Shown here: positions 52,413 to 64,000 of the stretch, one piece after another | Position numbering within the stretch: the stretch's first letter is position 1 | Layout of the letters: the number at the start of each line of letters is the position of its first letter | Origin: the human T2T-CHM13v2.0 reference genome, Homo sapiens | Direction: 5' to 3' (one strand) | DNA: 64,000 nt | Assembly (NCBI RefSeq): GCF_009914755.1 | Contig: NC_060941.1 | Program-made: the position numbers and the translations under genes | Notes under the pieces: generated by a model | Seen by the model: the letters and a program-made list of their open reading frames with translations, nothing else | The model's database searches: none | What the model was told of the DNA's origin: nothing

Positions 52413-53639
52413 ACACAGATAATATCAGTAGCAAAAGGTGAACAAGAAGCTAAAAATCTAAAAGGGAGGCCATTGTTTATAAATCATGGGAACGATATCT
52501 GGCCCAAACCTGATGGGGCTGTGTAAGTGATGATTCTTATACTTTTGGATTATTCTATCTCATTTCCACTCATCTTCCATGTTTTTATGACTCACTGATT
52601 AAAAGGAGATCACTATTTTAATATGTTTTGCAAATGAATACAAAGCATATATTGTTCCTTAGGGAGGGATATTAATGACAAATGAGATATACGGCTCTCC
52701 TCATATAACAAGGTAGGGGAAATATACAGAGATTTTTTAAAAAATGGACCAAGGGACCACAAGATGGAAAACAAAGATTGTTGGGTGTTTAAAAGTACCT
52801 TGAAGGATATCTGGCTCAATGAGCTCATCAAATTTATAACAAAAATAATAATAGTGAATATTAGCTTGACCTATGTCACAAGGACTGTACTAAGTGCTTT
52901 ATCTCTCATGTATTTCTCATAATCATTTTGTTCCTGTTACTCCCAGTTTACAAATAAGGAAATTTAGGTGTAATGCCATTGCGTCACCATGCTTATGAAG
53001 CAACTTACCACCAACGAAGAAAAGTGACTTATCAAAAAGTACAGAGTTGGGTCATGACTATCAAAAACTCTGCTATGCTACTACTCACTGCAGTTTTTAT
53101 TTTGGTTGGCTAGTGCGAGACAGTGCACACACACACACTTTCATATTTTCCAATAAAGTCATCTAATTTTTAAAACAATCTAACTTCAGCTACCCAAAAT
53201 ATACAACAGATCAATATGGAAAAGTATTAATACATTTATACTCTTTCAAAGATCCCATATTGTCAGGCTATTTGTAACTCTCACAGTTGTGACAGATAGA
53301 AGTTAAATAATTATTCATAATTAACTGACATGTTCATTCTTGTCCTCTCTTGCCAAATCTGTTCAATGTAATTAGATGATTGCTTGTGTTCCATTTTGCT
53401 CTGACGGGCTCCAATTCTGGCTGAGTTTCATGCATTGGAATCATATCCTGCAGTTATCATTGTTATTTTCTCCACTACATATCCCCCTGTAGAAGTGCAC
53501 CATGCCAGGCATATCATTCTGTATATTTTACTCTGCTAATGACATCAAAGAATGTATCACTATCATTTTTCTGGCCCACCAAAATAACATTTACTCCTGT
53601 ATCCTACATGTGATTAATATGGAAAGGATATGCTATGCT

Positions 53640-53830
53640 AGAATGCAGAACTCTCAAGTAAAGAACCCTGTGATAAATCTACTGTCTTTCCTGCAAACTA
53701 CTGGAGTGCTTTTGGGTAAGTTGCTTTATTTCTCTAATTCTCAATTTACTTATCTATAAAATGAAACTAAAAATCCACAATGTCTTAGGGAATTTTTAGA
53801 GATTTGCATTTATAGTGCATGATAATTTAT
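53640..53830 (+). mobile_element. MIR
   Basis: TTGGGTAAGTTGCTTTA..TCTCT...CTCAATTT.CTTATCTATAAAATG. Confidence 0.6.
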
Positions 53831-55970
53831 AAAAGAAAAGTTAAGATTCTTTTCCAAAGACAGGTTTTCCTTCGCAGAAATTGGGCAGCTGCTACCTTGC
53901 ATACATTGCTAACACGGCTGAGTTTTAACGGAAGTATTTTTCTTACCATAATTCCTCTTTTGGTGTTAATAGGGGACTTCTAATTAGGTCTTAGTCTATT
54001 TGGGAAGGTTAATAGTAAAGTACTAAGCATTTATACAAACACAATCAAAGGTTGCTTGCAAGTGTAGGGAAAGAAGGCAACTATAAATATTCACTATTTT
54101 CTAGTTGAGTTTTTCCCTATTGACATTAGTTGTAAAAGATAGAATTTCATAATAGGAACAGGCGTGGAAGGAAAGGAACTATTTCAACTCATCAGAGTCA
54201 CAGAGCCATCTCTGAAGTCCTCAAGTTTATACATGGGAAGTGCCAAAATTTGATCTTCAGTGTAAAATTTCTTCCATATTCTCTTGGATACACAGAGCAA
54301 ATAGAGAAACTACAGCAGATAGACTTTTACAATGGCAAAATATGATGGAAAAGACTCTGGGCTCATCCTTCAGAGAAGTCTTCTGTGGCAGAGTAACTGT
54401 CTGTGGAAGGAAAAAGTAAATCATTTTTAAAAACCCCACTGCTCCAAAATCTGCTCTAATGCCACTGTCTTTAGGGCCAAGTATTCCATCTGGCAAGAGC
54501 AAGTCATGGAAAAGCACAAAGGTAATTTACCCAATTGGCCTGGGCAGAACATTGTTTCTTCAGTTATTTTTTGTGACTCTCCCTTCAGAGTGTGATTCAG
54601 ACAGTTCTGCACCAAGATCAGTGGCTGTGCAGAGTTCAAATAGGTGAAAATACAGCTCTGGATGAGTAGCACTGTATTTTTTCTCAGTTCAGTCTCTCGT
54701 TCTTCATTGCTCAGCTCAGAGTTTCTCTCTCTGTCTTCATTGCTCAACTTCGTGTCCCTCCTTCCCAACAGGAGAACCCTATCTAAAATATTTATTTTTA
54801 AAAAATCTTGATATCATCCCATCATAGAACAAGATATACAGTACGGTGCTCAAGCTCGTGATGATAAAATATCAGGGATCTTTGAAAATTTATAATCTAA
54901 GAGCCTCAACTTCTGAATGAGCTGCTATGATAAATGCAATTTATTGGAGACTTCCTCATCTTTATTATTTTCTATGATTCCAGGCAAGAGTCATTTCAAA
55001 ATGAGTCTACTTTAGCTTCAGTACCCTTGGAAACCAACCAATCCAATGGTTTTACTGCCTTGGTGAGATGCTGTATTTCTTGGGAATTGCCATTTAGTAG
55101 ATTAAAATTATAAAACCCAGCAGAGGGAAATTTCCCAACAGCAAATCAATTTATATGTCTTTCAGAGAGTTTTCCAGAAATGTACTTAAGAACTGCTGAC
55201 TCAATGTAATGTTCTTCCAAAGCCAGGACACTCAGGGCCGATAAGGACACTAACCCGTGTATTTTCTGAGCTTTTCCTAGCTGGATATTTGTACTATGTG
55301 AAATTCATGTTCTGTACTCTAGAGACATGAATCACTTGTTCAATTAAAAATAGTATTTCTCTGGCAATTGTTTGATCAAGAATGGGAATAAGTTGTGGGT
55401 GAAATTGTGACCATCTGCATTCCTGTCTTGGAAACCTGCCTGTTGTTTTGTAACCATATGCAGACTCATTGATCAGTTTTTCTCTCTGAAACATCAATAC
55501 CAAAATTAATGACTATAGCTTCTTCTAGGATTTTCTTAAAATTAGTTCAGGGCTTTCCAATGTGGGAGTTAAATGCATGCTTATTCTTGTAGAATTTAGA
55601 AAATATAATCACATTCCAAGAGAAAAGCATATTGAGGGCCTAGTCATATGTAATTCTTCACCAAATTCTGGGTCTTCTTTTGTTGGCTCAAAAAAATAAA
55701 TATAATTGCCCCAAAGAATTACAGTGTAGAGATGACCTAATCAATGACAGTCTCTTAATTTTAATATACAACTTGAAGAATCCTTTTATCTGAATTATCA
55801 GATATGCCCATCCCATCAATTAATGCATTAATTTTCCAAATCTTTATTACATACCTCCAATGTGGCAGTTATTCTACAGCAGCTGAGGATATGTCATTGT
55901 GATATAAATCTCTACAACTTTCATTGTCTTAGAAAAAGGCATATAAACTAATATTTAAATTACAAAACAT

Positions 55971-56900
<930 letters not shown>

Positions 56901-57394
56901 AGTCTTCTTACATCTGCTTTTTGTTTGCTCTTTGTGTTTTGGCTTATTTCAACTACTTACTTATTTACTTAATGTTTACTTATTTATTTAGATGGAGGCA
57001 TTATAGTATCTTCCTAGGAGGGAGGGCAAATGACCACATTTTACTGTATAGTTGTGGAGGGAAGGGGTGGTGCTTCATTAATATCTTGGATAACTGTGGT
57101 GTTCCCTGGATTTCTGTTTGGGAAGTTTGACTTATCCTGTATCTGTTCAGTGACTATTTTAAAATTAGAATGTTACACTTTTTATTTGTTCTCTTAAATG
57201 TCACTGCTCCAATCCGGTAAGTGGAATTTTGATCTTTTATATCTTATGTTGGCTATAGCTTCCAATTTTGTGTCATGCAACATTGTGGGACAATATTTGT
57301 GTGAATATAATTGTATTCAAATCACACATATGTTTTATTGAACAATGTCAGGAACCGTGTACTGTAGCCTATAGCTAATTACTTCTTTCTAATG

Positions 57395-57402
57395 TGACGT
57401 CA
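57395..57402. promoter_or_regulatory. Full palindromic CRE (TGACGTCA); motif only
   Basis: Exact 8-mer in non-repeat sequence. Function not shown. Confidence 0.25.
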
Positions 57403-57844
57403 AGAAACGAATCACTCTTCTTCCAATGGAGCTACTCAAGAGCCTTAAATCTACTGCAAAGTGCTGTAATTTAGACCAAGGTTATAAAGGGAGGCTATAT
57501 TGAGTGTGTTTTGCTCAAATCAATTTCTTGTAATTTCACATGCCTTATGTATCAAAATCCAGGGTTGACAGATATAAATGTACTTCACATACCTATTGAT
57601 TGATTATAGTCAATCAACAATCTCGATTGATTGATATTCTTACATTAAATTCAAAATGATACTTCAACTTTTAATATTTATCTCAGTATTGTCAATTTTA
57701 ACATCAGGGGAAATCAGACGTATTGTGTTATTTTAAAAGTAATTAGAAATGAAGAGATATTTGTACTATAAATTTATTCCACCTGTAATTTAGTAATATA
57801 TTTTATTGCTTAACTAAAATTGGTTGTCATCATCATTACATTAT

Positions 57845-58800
57845 CAACTGCGTGCTTACTACATGTCAGTCATTAATCATCTAAATCAGTGATTCAAGTG
57901 AATTCTCAGAACAATGATATGATTCGGGTACTACAAGTATTCCTATCACTTACAGTGATCAAGAAATTCATGCTTAGAAATGCAAACCAAAACCGCAATG
58001 AGATATCATCTCACCCCAGTCAGAATGGTGATTATTAAAAAGTCAGGAAATGACAGATGCTGACAAGATTGCAGAGAAATTGGAATGCTTTTACACTGTT
58101 GGTGGGAATGTAAATTAGTTCAATTGTTGTGGAAGACAGGGTGCCATTCCTCAAAGATTTAGAACCGGAAATACCTTTTGACGAACTGGAAATACCTTTT
58201 GACCTAGCAATCCCATTACTGGGTATATACCCAAAGGAATATAAATCATTTTAGTATAAAGTTACATGCACACATATGTTCATTGCAGCAGTATTCACAA
58301 TAGCACAGACATGGAATCAACCTAAATGTCCATCAATGATAGACTGGATAAAGAAAATGTGGTACATATACACCATGGAATACTATGCATCCAGAAAAAA
58401 GGAATGAGATGATGTCCTTTGCAGGGACATGGATGAAGCTGAAAGCCATTATCCTCAGCAAACTAACACAGAAACAGAAAACCAAACACCACATGTTCTC
58501 ACCTGTAAGTGAGAGCTGAATGAGAATACATGGACACAGAGAGGGGAACAACACACACTGGGGCCTGTCTGGAGAGGATGGAGGGAAGGAGAGCATTAGG
58601 GAAGAGAGCTAATGAATGCTGGGCTTAATACCTAGATGATGGGTTGATAGGTACAACAAACCACCATGGTACAAGTTTACCTATGTAACAAACCTGTACT
58701 TCCTGCACTTGTACTCTGGAACTTAAAAAAAAAAGAAAAGAAGAAAGAAAAGAAAAAGAAACTCATGCTTAGGAAAGATTAAGGTAATTTCTTAAGGTTT
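57845..58800 (-). mobile_element. MIR split by the L1PA insertion
   Basis: TTACAGTGATCAAGAAATTCATGCTTAG and GAAAGATTAAGGTAATTTCTTAAGG together rebuild the MIR core across the TSD. Confidence 0.55.
57978..58755 (+). mobile_element. 5'-truncated L1PA (older primate subfamily)
   Basis: ORF2 C-terminus plus 3' UTR and A-rich tail. TSD AAGAAA(T/C)TCATGCTTAG at 57961-57977 and 58756-58772. Confidence 0.95.
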
Positions 58801-60589
58801 TTTAGGAATAATTACCTCTATTAATAGTCAATAGCAATAACGAATAAATAAATTTATTTTTCAGAGCTTCTGATCATAAGAAACTTGAAATCCTCTCAAT
58901 ATTCAAAGTATTATAAACACAAGATAAATTTATGTATGAGCAGATAGAGAGCTAAAGTTTTCCTACTGTGTATTTTAAAAAACAGTGAATGAACAATGGG
59001 GACAATGAAGGCCAGAGATAGGAAATCTCCAACTGAAAGAAGAAAATACTCGGTTTTCTGTAGGCATTTTTTTTCTGACAGCAAATTTTTGGCAAATGGG
59101 CTTTTAATTATATTGACAATACCTGAAGTAGCTTGCTAAATCATACCCTCTTTTGCGAGCTTGTTCTTTAATTTATCTAAATTTAGATTCAATATCCATC
59201 CCAGCAGGGATCTGGAACTCGAATATTTCACCAATTATTGCCCCTAGTCCTAAATACATTGCAGGTGTTTACTTCTACAGGCTGAGACATCAGTGGTTTT
59301 CTCAGCTTATACCCTTTTCCTCTAGTTGAGGAGAGGGGATTATTGTACATGGTTAGGCAACTTGTGGCTACTTATTGGTCAAATGTTTAGATATTGTCTT
59401 CAATATTTTACTTGAAGCTATATTTTATACCAAAAAGCCCACAGATACATTATGCTTAAATGCAAAAAAAAAGTTCCCGATCCAAAAATTATAGAAATCT
59501 TTTACCTATGCCATTTCAATAACTCATTCCCTTTCATCTCTTCATTAGGGTAAATAAGGACTTTATTGGTGTTCTTTACTTTCAGCCAGTGTCTATGAAA
59601 TGACAACATGTATAAAAAAGACACCAAGTCAATACCTACTCCCTGAGGGCACGTTTACTTCAGTTTAAGAAAAACACACTACAGGGTATTTTAGTATTTC
59701 CAGTTTCTCTTGTAAATGGAGAACTTAAAAGAAACATTATCTACCACTGTGAGCCAAAGAGGAAATAATGTTGAGAAACTGCAAACTTTTGAGGGATTAA
59801 GCAATGACCTCTACAGAAAAAAAAAATTCACAGGGGAAAGAATCCTTGGGAATTGAAATATATTAGACAATGCATCAAAGGGGATAAAGGAAAAAGAAAG
59901 CCAGGTAGTTTACAATGAGATTTAGAGAAGTAAAGTCCTGAATGTCCTACTTCTCATGACTGGGAAACAATGAGGTAACAATGGGGCTCTGCACTCAAGG
60001 TACTTAATGAGAACAAACATAGAACTATATTAATAGTCCATAGCAATCACAAATAAATAAATATATACATATATAAAACCACTCAGTCCCATGGCTCTAT
60101 TTCCATCTGCTCACATTGCTCCCACCTGCTATAGTTTATCAGAGCCACTCAAGTGTCATATGAAGGACACCCTTGTTGCTTTGGCTTGGGCTGTGCCATG
60201 TGGCATTTTGGAGAAGTTTCAGCCGGTTCTCTGCTTCCTCATGTAACTTTGGAGCTGCTTTCATATGACCTAAGATACACTTTTTTCCAATAAAGTTTTC
60301 TCCATAGATTTACACCTTTATGCTTTTCTTTTGAAAGTAGGATCCACTTTAGTAGTTCTTTATTTCGGGGTTTTGCACGTACCCCAAATGTACTTTGGTA
60401 AAAATAGCCTGGCACGTTGGGGAAGGGAGACTGCAATAACTAAAGAATGTCATATACTGTTATCTTCGTTAAAATAGGTTTGATGTCTCAAAGGTTCACT
60501 GAAATGGGGAGAATTTAATCATCTCATTCAAAAGGAGGATAGAGTTGGTTCATGAGAGAAAGCAGGGCATAAATCAAAGTTTCCTACCA

Positions 60590-60692
60590 GGAGTCAGGAG
60601 ATCTGGCTCCCATTTGCAGCTTTGCCTCAAATTAAGTGACTTGGCTTAAATTATTTTACCTCTCCTAGACTCAAGCTTCCCATCTATAAAAG
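60590..60692 (+). mobile_element. MIR
   Basis: GGAGTCAGGAGATCTGG...GTGACTTGG...CTCAAGCTTCCCATCTATAAAA. Confidence 0.6.
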
Positions 60693-60695
60693 AGT

Positions 60696-61366
60696 GTATG
60701 ATCCAGCAATCCTGCTGTTAAGAATATATCCAAAAGAAAGGAAATCAGCATATTGAAGAGATGTTGACACACGTACTCATGTTTATAGTGGCCCTATTCA
60801 CAAGAGCCAAAATATGGAACCAAACTACCTGTCCATCAATTGATGAATGAATAAAGAAAATGTGGCCTATACACAAAATGGAATACTATTCAGCCATGAA
60901 AAAGCAGGAAATCCTGTGACAGGAAACAACATGGATGAAACCAGAGATAATTATGTTAAATGAAATAACCCAGGCACAGAAAGACAAATATTGCTTGTTC
61001 TCACTCATATGTGAGAGCCAAAAAGGCAGATTTCAAAGAGGCAGAGAGTAAAATAGTGGTTACCAAAGCTTGGGAAGGGAGGAGACAGGGGAACGAAGTT
61101 AGTTAATGGGTACAAATGTACAGGTTGAGAGAAGGAATATGCTCTAGTATTTGAGAGTATAGTTGGGAAATTATATTTAACAATGATTTACTATATATTT
61201 CAAAATAGCTAGAAAAGCAGAATTATAATATTCCCAACACAAAGAAATGACAAATATTTGAGGTGGTGGATATCCTAATTACCCTGATTTGATCATATTG
61301 TATACACATCTCAAAATATCACAAGTACCCCCAAATATGTACATTATATATCAATAAATTATTTAA
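60696..61366 (+). mobile_element. L1MA 3' fragment
   Basis: TATGATCCAGCAATCC...AAGAAAGGAAATCAG...TTCCCAACACAAAGAAATGA.AAAT.TTTGAGGTG.TGGATATCCTAATTACCCTGATTTGATCAT. Confidence 0.9.
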
Positions 61367-61384
61367 AAATATATATATATATCA

Positions 61385-61627
61385 AGACTTTTCAACCTTA
61401 TCTATCAGGCTCACATATAGTTGTAGATATAGGTTTTATATATATATATATACACACACATATACATATACACAGATAGATATAGATACAGATGCATCAA
61501 TGCTCAGCTTCTCGCTCAAGAGCTCGGATTTAATTGAAAAGAGGATGGGATTCAGACATTACATAAATCATTATATGTTAAATCTACCCAAGTGATTCTA
61601 AGGAGTAACTAGGGTTGAAGACCACTG
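61385..61627. mobile_element. MER5-like element with an internal (TA)n/(CA)n tract
   Basis: CCCAAGTGATTCTAAG...TAGGGTTGAAGACCACTG terminus. Confidence 0.5.
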
Positions 61628-62036
61628 AAGTTAACAACGTCTATGTTACTTCTACTTCCCAAGTATAGAAAGCCAAATCCATAATAATTGCAGGGAGTTT
61701 TTATGTGCATGGCAGTGAGGCAGACAGAAGGAGGGAGTAAAAGGAGGGGAAAGGAGAAAAGTAAATCACTATTTCTCATCCTCAGATTCTTACAATCTGG
61801 ACAGGAAACACCCACAATATTACCACCAAAATAGCATAGGCTGTGGCTAATGCAAAATAGTTCATAGCGAAATTCTTGAAAAAAGGTGAAATAAGCCATT
61901 CATAAGACTTTATAAAAGAAGGTAGGGATCAGCATGAATTAGAATTAGAAGATGAAAAAGATTTGCTGATGAACCTAGGAGCACAGGCAGCATGTGGTCT
62001 TTCTCAGTTATGAGAGAAGGCCACTAGAAGTTCTGA

Positions 62037-62399
<363 letters not shown>

Positions 62400-62810
62400 C
62401 ATCCTGTAACTCTTAAGGGCCACATTAGATATCATCTCCTCTTGGTATCTTTTACTACCTTTAATAAAGAGGCAATTAGCCCTCACTTATCTTGCCAAAT
62501 TAAAGTTGCTTTTATACTGCCTACTATATTACATTATATACATTACTTGTTTTCACGTTTGTTTCCTACTCTAGATTTTTTTTTAAGTCATCTAGAGGTG
62601 GCAGAACAATAAAAATAAATCTTTTTTAACTCAGAAATAATTAAGGAGTAAATATCTACACAGATGAGGCTGGAATATGAAATGTTTGTGTACTGAGTAG
62701 TGCCATAATTGGAGACACAAAAAAATAAGTAAAATAATGTGAAAGTATTGCAATTGAAGTTCTCTGAGCAAGAAAATGGCCAAGTTAGAAGCTTGATAAG
62801 AAAGGGAATA

Positions 62811-63095
62811 GGCCAGGCGTGGTGGCTCACGTCTGTAATCCAGCACTTTGGGAGGCCAAGGCGGGTGGATCACGAGGTCAGGAGTTCAAGAACAGCCTGG
62901 TCAAGATGGTGAAACCTTGTCTCTACTAAAAAAACAAAATTAGCTGGGCATGGTGGTGGGCACCTGTAATCCCAGCTACTCAGCAGGCTGAGGCAGAGAA
63001 TTGCTTGAACCCAGGAGCTGGAGGTTGCAGTGAGTGGAGATCGCACCACTACACTCCAGCCTGGGTGACAGAGTGAGACTCCGTCTCAAAAAAAA
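62811..63095 (+). mobile_element. AluSg-like
   Basis: GGATCACGAGG, CAAGATGGT, GAGGCAGAGAATTG. TSD AAGAAAGGGAATA and AAGAAGGAGAATA (62798-62810, 63096-63108). Confidence 0.94.
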
Positions 63096-63779
63096 AAGAA
63101 GGAGAATAAAATGAAGGTGAGAAATGTTCAAGAAGCCTCGATCACCATTGACAACTGATTCATTCAGGAATAGATGGTGATTCCCCTCCAATTTTTGAAG
63201 CTGAGGAAATTGTATCATATTAGCCGAGAGAGTGTAAGAGTGACAGCAATATAGAGAGAGAAATTAAGAATGTGTGGGTGTATGTAAATAAAAATGATAA
63301 GCATATTTGGAGCAGTTAAAGAGAGGACAGGTTATCCATATGAAGACTTTATCATAGACACTCGAAGGACAAAACTATGGAGTGAATTTTGCTAAACGAG
63401 TTGAGGCTGCATTTGGGAATTTGAGAATGGTTCACGAAGGTGACGACTAAAGATATAGAAACCAAATTGAAAAGAACTTGCAAAATAGAGAGCTAAGCAC
63501 GTAACCTTGGGGGGAAAAAAAACCAGAAAAACATGATATTAGAAGCTGAAATGAGAGTTTCAAAAAGGAAGAGGTGACAAATTCTGTCAACTTTCTCAGA
63601 AAAGGGAAAATTCATTTTGAGAGAATGTAGTCATTGGGTTTGGCAAAAAAGCTTCAGAAATCCCCTGAAAGGGAAGCAGTTTCTGTAGAGACGGGAGGGA
63701 GGACGCTCCCAGGAGGAGGGCTGTTGTGAAAGTCAGCTGTGTAAAGGAGTACAGAAGAGAGTTGGGATGAATGGCTTAA

Positions 63780-64000
<221 letters not shown>

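Overview
AT-rich, CpG-depleted primate (almost certainly human) intergenic or deep-intronic DNA. It has no CpG island and no recognisable intact protein-coding exon. The only gene-derived feature is a near-full-length processed CALM2 (calmodulin 2) pseudogene at 5474-6614 (+) with a 14-bp target-site duplication (TSD). The rest is layered transposon debris: about 18 Alus, L1PA/L1PB/L1M fragments, L2, MIR, ERVL/MaLR LTRs (MLT2A, MLT2, MLT1, MSTA, THE1), a MER9 (HML-3) solo LTR, and DNA transposons (MER5, MER8, MER58B, MER63, Tigger3a). Almost every ORF in the track comes from these repeats or from microsatellites. I found no convincing new gene system. The most notable observations are mechanistic fossils: a twin-primed 5'-inverted old L1, a tailless Alu with target microhomology, a 55-bp locally templated copy of a decayed MIR, a three-level nested insertion, a quasi-palindromic microsatellite, and a speculative MLT2A-driven spliced transcript heading into the pseudogene. 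Repeat subfamily names are from memory of consensus sequences, not from a database search.
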